Assembly: GCF_009914755.1 (NCBI RefSeq)
Contig: NC_060935.1
DNA length: 64,000 nucleotides
Reading direction: 5' to 3' (one strand)
From: the human T2T-CHM13v2.0 reference genome, Homo sapiens
Position numbers and translations under genes: made by a program. The notes under the pieces are model-generated. The model did not search any database. It was not told the origin of the DNA and was given only the letters and a program-made list of their open reading frames with translations. This document shows, piece by piece, positions 50,377 through 63,484 of the stretch (the first letter of the stretch is position 1; each line of letters opens with the position of its first letter).

Positions 50377-52354
50377 CTGAGGATAAAACAGTAAATCAAG
50401 TCAGACTCAAGTTATAATCTATAGAAGTCAAAGAATTTCTAGAAGAGATCATGTTTAGCCAAAGACCCTCAGCAGCAAAAATCGCTGTCACCACCAAACA
50501 CTGTACGTATTCCCTCTGTACGAATTCCCTCTGTGGGTGATCCAGATGATTCCACGTGGGCAAAGTACTCAGAGCCTCCTCCCTCAGACCAGCACAGCAT
50601 CATCCCCAAGATGAGAATACCCAGTAGCTGCCCACATGTACCAAGCCTGAGGGTTTCTGCTGTCTCCATATCACCATAAACACTTTCTGGTCCTCTTTAA
50701 TTCCTTTCTCTTTCCCCTTTTCCAGAATTCCTCCCATGAACTCTAATTTCACATCAAGTTTGTACTAAAGGAAGTATGGAAAATCTCAAAGTCCCTACTT
50801 TATGTTCATCATCTTAGACACCAACATCTGCTTAGCATAAACAGGAAGTGGAAAGTTATAGAACTCTCATTCTTATATTTAACCCACTGACTCTCCCAAC
50901 TAAAAAAATGAACCAGGGGTAACTTTCTTCAACTTCTTTTATTGTTTTTCTTTTATTCTAGGACCTAGTTCTGGCCTTGGTACAAGTCACAGGACTCCTT
51001 GCTAATTAGGCCAAGACAAAAGACAGCTTTCTCCTTGACTTTTCTTTCTGTTTTAATCCTGCTCTCTCCTGCCCCCACCCTCCCGACTTCCCCTGCTTCT
51101 GGCTTTCCACCTCCTAGGCTCTTCCTTCTGACTATTGTACAAGCAGCTGACCCACCATATGTTTATTACATAAGTCATTTTAAGTGGCCCATGAAAAAGA
51201 AAAGAAGTAGAAAGACATTTCTGATTTTTCAGTAATGCTCTGTACAAATCAACCACAAAGTTGATTAAGCAATGAAAGGCAGGGTGGTGTATAAGGAAGA
51301 CACAAGTCTAGGTCTTAAGTGCACAGAGTTCCTTCCAAAGAGTGTTAAGCAAAGATCATGAGGGAACAGAGTGCATAAGCCACCCTTTCATCCAAATTAT
51401 TTCCCTGGGAGAAGAGTAACTTCCTGCCCAGCAGGAGAAATGCACAATAGGAGGAAAGCAAAAGAAAATATTATGAACTCTAAAATCTATGGAAGGAATT
51501 ATTTTGAAAGCGATAAAAAAGTTACTCCAAAGAATACCAGTAAGGAAGCAAACTCCCTTTAAATCTATCAGCACATTAAGAATTAAACTCTATTTTTAAA
51601 ATGCAATAATAACAACTGAACATTCTGAGTCCTTTCAATGCACCACCATGTGCTAGACACCCTATACACAGTAGATTAGTTAGTCATTACAATATTTTGA
51701 GGTTTGTATGACTACTCTCCCATTTTACAGAGAAGGAAAGTAAAGGAACCCAATGCCACATGGCCAGGAAAGGTAAAGCCAACATTTAAGCCCAGGTCTG
51801 AGTGAAAGGAAAGCCCGAGTTTTCTCACTCACTCTACTGTGGCACCCCACATAAGTAGAAGGATGGCTGATTCTAGAGCAAAAGTAGAGGACATTAATCT
51901 AATTATTATTTTCATCTATAGTATTTAAATTAAGAACTATGAAAAAAAGAATTGAAGTGGTAGAATCATAGAGAGACTATCAACTGAAGGGTAAACTTTG
52001 TAGAGAAAATTATAGATGACTACAAAAAATGGAGTTGCCATGTTGGTGGAGGCAACTTACATAAAGCAAGTTGGAGCACGGTCCACTAGGCAAAATTGTT
52101 AGGGGTTGGATCTATTCCCATTCTAGCTGGAAGAAAAAAAAAATACAGCTTGCTCCACTAGCCACTGGGGGAATATCTGACTATCTCTAACATTGCCCTA
52201 GCCTGTTTCCATGGATTCCTCAGCTCTTGAAATTGACTCCTTGTGGTTCCCTCTGTGTCTCTTCTAAGCAGGAAAAGGCTATGCTTGCATGGACAAGTGT
52301 TCAGGCATGGCATTAGAGACCAAAGGCAGAAAAAGGAAGCAAAAAGAGAATCCT

Positions 52355-52632
52355 TTGTAATACCAGCAATTTGGAGAGGCTGAGACAGGAGGATCACTTG
52401 AGCCCAGGGGTTTGAGACCAGCCTGGGCAATGTAGGGAAACCCCATCTCTACTTAAACAAACAAACAAAGCCAGGCATGGTGATGCACAGATGCACACCT
52501 ATGGACCTAGCTACTCGGGAAGTTGAGGCAGAAGGATCACTTGAGCCCAGGAGTTCAAGGCTACAGTGAGCCGTGATCATACCACTGCAACTCCAGAGCC
52601 TGGGTGACAGAGCAAGACCCCACCTAAAAAAA
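52355..52632 (+). mobile_element. AluJ
   Basis: Forward Alu, slightly 5'-truncated. Confidence 0.85.
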
Positions 52633-53121
52633 AAGAGAGAGAGAGAGAATCCTTGGGCACAGGCATCTGATTTGCTTCTTCTTCCTGGAGAACAAGAGCT
52701 TTGGAATTAAGAGAAAAATGACAATGAAAAAAAAGTAGGATAATTAGGAGAGGGGCCAGAGGCCACCTACTACAACTCCATTTTTTAGAAATCAGATTCA
52801 AGCAAGGGATGCTAACTCAATAATTTCATTCATTCCACAAATGCTTATTAATTGCTTACTCTGTGCCAGGGGCTACGCCCAGGCAAGCAGGGAAGACACA
52901 AGTGAATAGGTGTGATGAGTGTCATAAGAGAGGAAGGCAGGGTGCACCAGAGGAGCTCATTAATAAAGCTGGGAGGCTAAGGACCTAAGCTAGCTGCAGG
53001 CGGGAAATGGCCCCAGATTCTAGTTCCCTAACTACATTGCAAGCTCTCCTGGGGTCACAGACTGTTCCTTCTATTCCACACTCTTAAAGAATGCATCTAG
53101 TTCTGTGGCTTGCAAACTTTT

Positions 53122-53619
53122 ACTTTCATTTATGTATTTTTATTTGTAAGTTTTATATCAATAAGCAAAACTAAATTTTAGAGACACTGGCTAACGTTAG
53201 TTTGGATATCATTAGTTTATTATAAAAGAGAGACATGGAAATTATTTACACAATGAAAGATTTCAGAACTCCAGTGGAATCAGTGTCTTCACATGAGGCT
53301 TTTTCAATAGTGATTTATTTCGGTATATATACTTTCCAAGAATGCCACCATTTCTAAATAAGAAATTATCCCTGTCGTCCAGAACTACTTTGGTGCCTCC
53401 ATATTCTAGATTCTGGGGGAAGAATTTTATCTCCAGCTTTTGGGCTAACTGGTTGAATCTCTCCACCCTTTCCTTTAGAGCCCAATACAACAGCTTCTAC
53501 AGTTGCTTGCAATACTTTTGAGATTTTTCTGGAAGCATAATTCCTCCTTTGGTTACAGTCTCAGCTGCATTCCTTTCAACTAATACCCAGTCAAAGAGGC
53601 GAAAAAAACTTTCTAAATG
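53122..53619 (-). pseudogene. HSPE1 (Hsp10/Cpn10) processed pseudogene in a JAML intron
   Basis: Intronless LFDWVLVERNAAETVTKGGIMLPEKSQ...EYGGTKVVLDDRDNFLFRNGGILGKY; frameshifts, start lost, stop TGA>CGA; HSPE1-like 3'UTR with two AATAAA (possibly HSPE1P18, from memory). Confidence 0.93.
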
Positions 53620-53909
53620 ACTCGGGCCACCACAGCTTATACTCTCCCTTTCAAACTGCTTGCAAGCAGCAGAATCCTTATTCAGACCAAATCTTACCTG
53701 GCAGCCCAATGAATACAACAGGAAAAAGGAAAAGGACTTTGGTTGCAATGCAGGTGGGAGCCTAGGGTCCTACCCCTGCCCCGCTCTTACCCTTCATGTT
53801 CTTTGGATCTTAAGGTTCTACAGAGCACAAATTTTAAAACCACCCACTCCTTCCACTTATAAATGGAAAAATAAAGTGCAAAGAAGAGTTAGAAAGATCT
53901 GCTCCTTTC

Positions 53910-54417
53910 TTCTTTTTTCTATTTTAAGAGACAGGGTCTCAGCTCTGTCACCCAGGCTGGAGGGCAGTGGTGTGATCACAGCTCACTGCAACCTCCACCT
54001 CCTGGGCTCAAGTGATCCTCTCACCTCAGTCTCCCCAGTACCTGAGACCACCACAGTCATGTGCCATCATGCCCAGCTATTATTATTATTTTTTTTTATT
54101 TTTTATTTTTTTTAGACATAGGGTCTCACCATGTTGCCCAAGCTAGTCTCAAACTGGCTTCAAGTGATCCTCCCACCTCGGGCTCCCAAAGTGCTAGGAT
54201 TACAGGCATGAGCCATCACACCCAGACTTTTTCTTTTTTTTTCTTTTCTTTTCTTTTCTCTTTTTTTATTTTAGACAGAGTCTTGCTCTGTCACCCAGGC
54301 TAGAATGCAGTGGTGCCATCATAGCTCACTGCAGTCTTGAACCCTGGGGCTCAGGCAGTTCTGCTGCCTCAGCCTCCCAAAATGCTAGGATTACAGGCAT
54401 GAGCCACTGAGCCTGGC
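53910..54417 (-). mobile_element. AluJ (53910-54225) plus a monomer/deleted Alu (54228-54417)
   Basis: Reverse Alu sequences. Confidence 0.85.
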
Positions 54418-54875
54418 CTGCTTATTTCTTTTCTATCCCCCAGAACACCTAACATAGGGTACCTATAAAATACAGATGTAGCATCAATGTGGATAACTGA
54501 TGAAAGGTATTAGGGCATAGTAAAAAGAACATGGACTTTGTTGTCAGAGGTGCCAGGGTTCAAGTACTATTTATTCCATTTAATAAATATGTGTCCAAAA
54601 CATATTTGGACATATATGTGAACAAAACATCCTTCACAGGGCTTTTGTGAAGGGGAAGTGTGTTTAAAGTAATAATACAATAATTATCAATATTTTATTT
54701 AATAAAATAACTCTATTTTTATTGACTGAAATAATTATGATCATTTTTTGAAGATTCACTCTGTGGTAAGTACTTAGCCCAAAGGCTGGCATTTACTCAA
54801 GATAATCAGTTTCCTTGCCTCTTGCACATGAAAGCTCTTGCCCCTTGGCCCCTCTTTAAGTAAGCATTTGCGTAC

Positions 54876-55101
54876 CTTTGGGCTCCTCTGGAAGCACATG
54901 CAGTACCACCGCCTTCTTGAACACCTGGCTCTCCCCTTTGAGGCGGATTTCACAGATATAGGTTCCCTGGTCAGCCTCTTGCACATCTTGGAGCAGGAGA
55001 GAGCCATCATTGCATAAGTTGTCCCCCATCAAGTGTACGCGGTTCTGGAAGCGCCCAATAGGCACACTGAGATTGGAGTAATAGTATAGCACATATTCGT
55101 C
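54876..55101 (-). CDS. JAML: JAML Ig domain 1, second half
   Basis: DEYVLYYYSNLSVPIGRFQNRVHLMGDNLCNDGSLLLQDVQEADQGTYICEIRLKGESQVFKKAVVLHVLPEEPK; 226 nt. Confidence 0.98.
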
Positions 55102-55470
55102 CTGAAGGGCAAAACAGTGTTGGAGACAATCAAAAGAGGTGTCAGACCGAGGAGCCTGGATCCCAAAGACTCTGTTATGTGGGGGCAGCAGAGCTATCAT
55201 CATGATCATGATCCAAAAGCATTTGGTACCCAGTTAATAAAAATAATGTGCCAGGCAACAGTCTAACTTGCACAAGCTCTGCAACTCCCTTTCTACAAAG
55301 ACAAATGGAGAAATGCAGTCCACATTTTATTTCTTACAGTTTAAGGTAAAATATAGCACCCACTCTGAAGATCACTCTACGGTTTTTAACTTACAACTTT
55401 TGAAAACCATCTCTCATTTTCACCCTATTTTCTGCCACAGCCCCGGATTAGATGGCATTCAAATGCATGA

Positions 55471-55934
<464 letters not shown>

Positions 55935-56794
55935 CAGAAATTCTTATTTCTACTTACACTATGGGTTTATCCCTCGTATAAAAATAAAGGCCAATAAAAA
56001 TTTGAATGAGAGTAGCATTATAGGGACAACAGGGAATGTGCTCTGAGCTACAAAAACAATATTTTGTTTGCAAACATTAGGACTTTATTGTTAGTAACAA
56101 ACTACTTGGGATGTTTTTCACAAATGATCCTGATATACGAGTATCTATACAGACTGTCTGATGAGGCTTAATACACTGTTCCTCACTCCAAAGAGCTCCA
56201 TGAAAGAACCTCGCCCACCATGCTGCATCTGCTAATCCCAACACTTTAAGCAGCCACAAAGGAGAAAATGATGATTCCCCAGCACATACATGGAGCAGTG
56301 AAACACTGAAAGAATCTGTCCTCCTCCCCACCCCAAAAAAGATCATTGTGGTATAGTTCTTATGCCTAGGTCAGAGCTCTCCTTTCTAGAACCTCGGAAT
56401 TTACCCCCTCACCTGCTTCTGCTACTTAACAAAGGGTAGAGATAAAGGAAGGAAACTCAAAGAATTTCATGTGCAAGAACAAGGAACCTCTCATTTCAAG
56501 TTTGTGTCTCCCATCAGCCCCTTAACTACTTGAAAGGTAAGCATTACCATTATTGTAATTGCCTTCCTCTTCACAGCTCAGGAAGCTAAGATCAGCAAGG
56601 TTGAGTAACTTACTTACCCAGCTGATAACATAACCAAATTCCTGAGCTAGGACGAGGCCCAGTTCTGATAATCTCCAAAGCCCCGGCTCTTGCAACACCT
56701 CCTGGTGGCACCTGATGCCTGACTCTTACACCACTCTGTCCTGACACCAGCAGTCAGGGGCTTCTATTACATAGTGATGTTTCCCCCGCGTTAC

Positions 56795-56949
56795 CTTGGC
56801 GTGCTCTCCTGGTGACAGAGTCCAGTCTATCTTGAATATACATTTGTCTTCTGTGCTCTGGAAAACACATCCCATCAGAGCTGAATCACCCACATGGACT
56901 GTTAGCTCAGGCGGGGAAACATTCAAGTCATTCAGGCCCAAGGAATAAT
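56795..56949 (-). CDS. JAML: JAML Ig domain 1, first half
   Basis: DYSLGLNDLNVSPPELTVHVGDSALMGCVFQSTEDKCIFKIDWTLSPGEHAK; 155 nt; ctatag / AAG|gtaacg. Confidence 0.98.
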
Positions 56950-57292
56950 CTATAGAAGTCAAAGGCAAGAGGACACATCATTTAGACAAATACTCTCAAC
57001 AACAAAAATCAATTCCAATCATGGAGTACTAAACACCCCTCTCCCTGGATGATCCAACATAGACAAAGTCCTCGGAGGCATGTTCAAAGGCAGCATGGCA
57101 TCCCTGTCCTCTAGTTACCTATATGGCTCATCAGAAGGATTCTGCAATCTTCATACTACAATAAATGCTATCTGGCTCCCTCCTCCTATCCAGCCCCTTA
57201 CACTTTTCTGGAATTCTTCCTCCCAACCTTTCTAAAGAAATAAGGGAAACCCCAGAAGTCTCTCCTTTCTGATCATCAATTTAGAAACTCAC

Positions 57293-57305
57293 CTCCACTT
57301 ACCAT
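57293..57305 (-). CDS. JAML: JAML alternative first coding exon (MVSG; predicts a 384-aa isoform)
   Basis: ATG GTA AGT GGA G|gtgagt is phase 1, in frame with acceptor 56949; matches my recollection of a shorter annotated isoform. Confidence 0.7.
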
Positions 57306-58411
57306 AACGACGAAATGGGTTGTTCCTTGCTCTTAAGTCTCCCACTGGTTCCCTCTCTGAAAAGGGACCTTTTGTTTACTTCCTCTTTTCCCTTTCTTTT
57401 AGTTCCTTTACAAAAGCATTTGCTGGCTGATTCTGGCTGTAGGGCAGGTCCTTGTAATTAGGCCACCACAGAGCACAGCTTTCCTCCTGCATTTCCACTG
57501 TGTTTATCCTCTCCCTGCCTCACCCCTCCAGCTTTGCCATCAGCTTTCCAGCCTCTAGGTGCTTCACACAGGGACCCCTGCCCATTATCTCTATGTTGCT
57601 CAAGCAATTTCGAGCGGTCACTACAAGAAAAAACCATTACATGGATATTTCTGTTTTCACAAGATATGCTCTATGCAAAGAGACAACAAAATCAAGAAAG
57701 ATACATTTAGATGCTGCCCAGTTCATATCAGAGAAGAGCCAAGTGATGGGAATGAACAGAAAATGTGCCAGTCTTTTCATCCAAGCTGTTTCCCTGAGAG
57801 AAGACAGTTAACTTCCTGCCCCAACAGTAGGCTCACACAGCAGGGAGGACACAAAAGAAAACATCGACTCTAAACCCTTCAGAGGGAATTATTTTGAAAG
57901 AAATCAAAATTAGCTCCAACAAATATTTGGAATTTTCCTGTAAGGAAGAATTGAGCAGCTCCATGTGTGATTGAAAGTGTAATAAGCGAATTTAATATTA
58001 AGAACACTGTGTGTAGAATTAAATGAAGGACTGCTAGGAAGCAACAACAGCAACCAAAGCAAAGAGAAACTGATGTTTGAAGGGCAATCTTGGTAGAGAA
58101 ACAGCTGAAGAAGATGAGATTTTCTGCAAGAAAGGAAAACCTCTCCACAAAAAACTACAAAACCCCCAGTGCCACCAAGTCACCACATACAGGGGTTGGA
58201 CTGGTAGCTCTCTGGATCGGAGGGCAAAAACCTGCAGGCTGCTCCACAGACCTCTAGGAAAATGTCTAAATACCTTCTGAGATCATTATAACCCTGCTTC
58301 TTTGAGAAAAATTATCTAATGAACACCATTTTGGTGTGCGTGCCTGTGTGCATGTTTGTACACACTCTGGATTGCCTGGAATAGGAGCAAAGGCAATCCT
58401 GTTGTATACTT

Positions 58412-59020
58412 TGCTGAGTCAGGGTTTAAATTACTGTCCAAAGTTCAAAAAATAATAATAAAGAGAAAAAGAAAAGGCTATGAGAGCAAAGCACCTGATT
58501 AATTTCTTCTCCTTCCAGAACTACATCCATGGGATAAAGAAAAAGGCATGGGGGAAAAGGATGAAAACCTAGAAACCAGTGGAGATGAGCAACGAGAAGC
58601 TCAGCACTTAGGTGGAGGCATAAACAGGAGACCAATCTGGTCTGAGGAGATGACCAGGTCAGGCTCCTCAGAAGGAAGTGGAGCATAAGGGGAAACCTGA
58701 AGGGTAAGGAAGCATCGGGCGGGCTTGCTAGGTTGAAGTGCTGGGAGGAAGGTTCCAGGCAAAGGAAACCACCATAAATTGGGAAAGAGCTCAGTCCATT
58801 TGAGGAACCACAAGAAGGCTGACATGGCCACAGTATGAAAAACAGCTCTGGGTCTCTCTTTGGTAATTTCAGTTCCTGATTCAAGGCGAACTGTGGTTTT
58901 AAAGATAACAATTTAAAGTGCAGGAATGCCACAGAGAAACTTTCCCTTTGTCACGTAAGAGGGTCCCAGAACACCCTTTAGGACCCAAATGCATTCTGTT
59001 TCTAATGGAAACAGGAAGCT
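58412..59020. promoter_or_regulatory. Candidate haematopoietic enhancer: NFE2/MAF TGCTGAGTCA (58412-58421), ETS AGGAAGTG (58673-58680), RUNX AACCACA (58806-58812) and TGTGGTT (58892-58898)
   Basis: Motif matches only. Confidence 0.4.
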
Positions 59021-59211
59021 TCAGCTTCCCAAGAAACCATAAGCTAGTTGGCTTCAACAACAGCTGCTTCAACAAAACTGTGAAGTTCCACATTAGGGTT
59101 TCCATCTTCAACAAACCCAAGGGAATCGAAAATATGTAAAATTGGCTTTTAATAATGCACAGAACTCAGGAGAAATCAAATACCCCACGGAGTCCCTTAG
59201 CTTCTACTTAC

Positions 59212-59254
59212 CCAGTAACACTGGCAGCAGGATGAGTTTCAGTGGGCAAAACAT
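59212..59254 (-). CDS. JAML: JAML first coding exon: signal peptide (whole exon 59212-59274, incl. 20 nt UTR)
   Basis: MFCPLKLILLPVLL+G|gtaagt; the nine exons total 1185 nt = 394 aa + stop. Confidence 0.97.
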
Positions 59255-59774
59255 GCTGCTCTCAACTTTCAAATCTTAAGATAAAAGAACAAAAATCACA
59301 AAATCATGTCAAGAGAAGCTCATTAATTTAAAAAACCAATAGTGAAGGACTATACGGAGCAGCCTCTGTTTGAGACACTGGTATGCAGCATTGAACAAGA
59401 AAAACAGACGAGGTCCCAGCTCATTTGCAGTTTGTATGCAGCGGGAGGTGGAGAAAAAAGAAGCAAATAAATGAATGAATGAATAAGAAAATACCAGATG
59501 TCAATAAGTGCTATGATGAAACAAAACAGAGTAGTGTTTGAAGAGTCACTTGGGGGCTGCTTTAGATTGGCCATAAGGGAAGATTAGATGAAAGTTGCTT
59601 TTCAAGAGAAAAAAAGCAAATGATTGCAGGATGCCCTTGAGATGACAACCCTAGATTTTCCACTACCTGTATGTTTCACACAAACAAAAAATTATAGGAT
59701 ATCCAGCCTGAAATTTTTCCCCATCTCTCCACCTAAATTAGAATTACTACTTTTTTGGGAGGAAGAGGTTGGGG

Positions 59775-60033
59775 GAGGGAACAGATTCTCACTCTGTTGC
59801 CCAGGCTGGGGTGCAGTGACGTGATCTCCAGGGCTCAAGCAACCTTCCTGTCTCAGCCTCCTGAGTAGCCGAGACTACAGGCATGCTACACCACACTTGC
59901 TATTTTTTTTTTTTAAGTAGTAGAGAGGTCTCACTGTGTTGCCCAAGCTGGTCTCAAACTCCTGGGCTCCAGTGATCCTCCACCTCAGCCTCTCAAAGTG
60001 TTGGGATTACAGGCGTGGGCCACTGCACCTGGC
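59775..60033 (-). mobile_element. AluJ
   Basis: Reverse Alu with a small deletion. Confidence 0.85.
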
Positions 60034-60477
60034 CCATGGTGCACTTTTTATCTTATTTTTTTTTTTAACTTTTTAAAGGCAGGGCAGTGTGGCTAGAATG
60101 AGAGTTGGGCTGTGCATTGGACAAAAGTATGTGTTTGATATGCATGTTATCTCTGTAGTATTCATTTCATTGCATTTACCAGCCCCTGGAAAAGGATTCA
60201 CTGTTCTACCAAACACCCCCAAATTTTCTTAGCTAAACAGAAGAACCCTGACTCTCAGGAGTTACAGTGCAACCAGTCTTGAGTTCCCACCTGCTACTGC
60301 TCCTGGCCTCAGCCGTGGTCTTTACCCCTGGCCACCCTGCCGCTGGGGAGATTCCACCTCAGAATCTGCTAAGAGGAAAGATATGTTTTTTGCATTAACA
60401 GCAAGGTACCCCACCCAGCTCTGCTAGGACATCTGGCACATACGGTAGCCATTTTAATTAATAAACATTGATTACTT

Positions 60478-60773
60478 GGCCGGGCCTGGTGGCTCACACC
60501 TGTAATCCCAGCACTTTGGGAGACCAAGGCGGGCGGATAACGAGGTCAGGAGATCGAGACCATCCTGGCTAACACGGTGAAACCCCATCTCTACTAAAAA
60601 TACAAAAAATTAGCCGGGCATGGTGGCGGCCGCCTGTAATCCCAGCTACGGGAGGCTGAGACAGGAGAATGGCGTGAACCTGGTAGGCGGAGCTTGCAGT
60701 GAGCCGAGATCACGCCACTGCACTCCAGCCTGGGCGACAGAGCGAGACTCTGTCTCAAAAAAAAAAAAAAAAA
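60478..60773 (+). mobile_element. AluY
   Basis: gagatcgagaccatcctggctaacacggtg, agaatggcgtgaacc; TSD attgattactt. Confidence 0.95.
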
Positions 60774-62059
60774 TTGATTACTTAAGACATTCCTTAATCG
60801 TATTCTCCAATCAACAAAATCCTCTACCTGGAAAATCAGAGTCAAGCTATTCAAGGAGGTTCCTACCTCAGGTCCCACTTACACAGAGAAGTCAGCTGAT
60901 CTTGCTGAACCTGTTTCCTTGCCTTTAAAAGGGATTGATAATGAAAGGATCTAATAGTATAACGTAGATAACAGTGCTTTGAAAATAGGAAGCATTACCA
61001 TGGAAGATTCTTTATATAGATAAGAGTCAGAAACAGAGTTTGTAGCTTTAGGGGAGATTTCAGGTTCTGAGCTTCTACCTTTCTAAGAATGGCAAATGAT
61101 GAATCAGAATGAACAGGAAACTTAAGTTTCCATTTTTGAACCTTGTTGTAACAATGGGGATAATAATTACACTGAGCCAGATATATCAGGAGTCACATAG
61201 ATTCCCCTAAACAAAAGAACCTCTAGTGAAAACACAGACCTCTCTCAACATAAGCAAAACCCCATTCCTGCTCCGTGCCACCCACCTTGCCCCATACATA
61301 CATGGATGAAGGTCATAAGGGGCTTCCTTTATGGTGTGTCCTAACATAAGTTCATCACATCTGGGACATCTGTTGCCTTCCCCAGGGAGTTGGTTGTGCT
61401 CCCTCCTCTGCCCAGAAAACAGCACTTAGCAGTGGGACATTCCCCCTGCAGCTCACCAACCGCATGGAGGAGTAATGACTAATTTATATGTCTGCCACCA
61501 ACTCAAGTCTGCAGACTCTAAAAGGCAGCACCATACGTGCCTTATTTAGATGTGTGTCCTGTTACCGTGGGGCAGCACCGGCAAAATGCCTGGCATATAC
61601 TGGATAAATGCTCATAGCTGACAATGTGACCATTAAGTTGAAATCAACTTAAAGGCATCTTGCAGCAGTCCCCGCTCCACTCTATTCTAAGAGGAAGCCA
61701 GCGACTCTAAAAAGATTCTGAATCTTGGCACTAAAGCCGAGTAACTCAGAGCCACATCCAAACCATCTTCAAACAAATGCTAAGAAACATGAGTATCATG
61801 AATGGAAAACGCTCATTGTCAGTCCTACATACTCGGATGCACCTCTAGAACTCCGTGAAGACAGAAGCAATGATTTTAGCGGAAAAATTACTAAAAGTTT
61901 TTTTTAAATGCTCTTCTGGGCTCAGATCTTCCTTTAACCAACTCTTTGATCTTTGGGAAAATCACCGGGCCTTGTTTTCAATATTAAAAGATCAGACCTT
62001 TTTCTTAATATAGCAGCACACTAGAAATCAGTAGTTGATGTGTAATAAAGCAGAGAAGG

Positions 62060-62250
62060 TTAATGCCAGGCCCTGGGTGCTTTACACAGTAACTCATTTA
62101 ATCCTCACAACAACCCCATGAGGTTTTACAGATGAGGAAATGAGGCAGAGAATGACAATGTGACTTGCCTAAGAACACAGAGCAAGTGGCAGAGCGAGGA
62201 TTCAAACCCAGCCATCCTGGATCCGAGCCTGTGTCTTTGCCACACTATGC
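62060..62250. mobile_element. MIR SINE
   Basis: 'tcatttaatcctcacaacaaccccatgagg...acagatgaggaaatgaggc'. Confidence 0.8.
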
Positions 62251-62342
62251 TCTTCCTCCACATTTGAGAAAGTAATCAATATTTTAGAGCAAAGCTTTTC
62301 TGAAGTTTATTTGTCTAAACAAGATTAATCTGTTCCTCCTGA

Positions 62343-62779
<437 letters not shown>

Positions 62780-63484
62780 AGCCACATGTCTTAATAGTAC
62801 CTCTACCTTTCCTTTAGGGCATGGGCCACTATGTCTAATTATCTATTTATTTGTGTGCTCATTTAATTAAGACCCTGCTCTCTACCTCCACCCCCAAGAC
62901 TATAAGCTCCATGAAGCCAAGAGCCATGCCCATGAGCCACCACACTTCCAGTGCCAGCATGGTGTGAGGTACGGGGACATCCTCAGTAACTACTTGTCAA
63001 ATGAGTTCATAACACCTTGGACATTTACCAAGAACACTATTCAAGTTTGAATTTCCTAGTGAGTTGACAGATATTTGCAAATTCCTATCTATATATTCAC
63101 CAACACCCACAAATTCTGAATTTTATATATACATATTTAGCTGAATAACAAAATTCTGGTTGCATATGTAGATGAATAAAATGAATTTCAGTTTTAAAAA
63201 AAATCCAGCAAAAGCATTCAGAAGCACCTTAAGCACCTTGATAATAGACACCATTGACATTCACAACTTCTACACTGCTTCCTTCTCTTTCCAGATACTG
63301 ATTTATCTCCTCAGCAGATGTTTGGAGATAATTCTCCATAGTAAGTTATCTCATCTGTTGGCCAAATATTTTGACCTGAGCTCATGGTTCTTTCACAGTA
63401 TAAATTCTGGCAAATACCTTCTGTCCTTCTAGGGGGTTATAACTATCAGGATCTTCTTTTCTATTACTAATAGTGTATGGGGGG

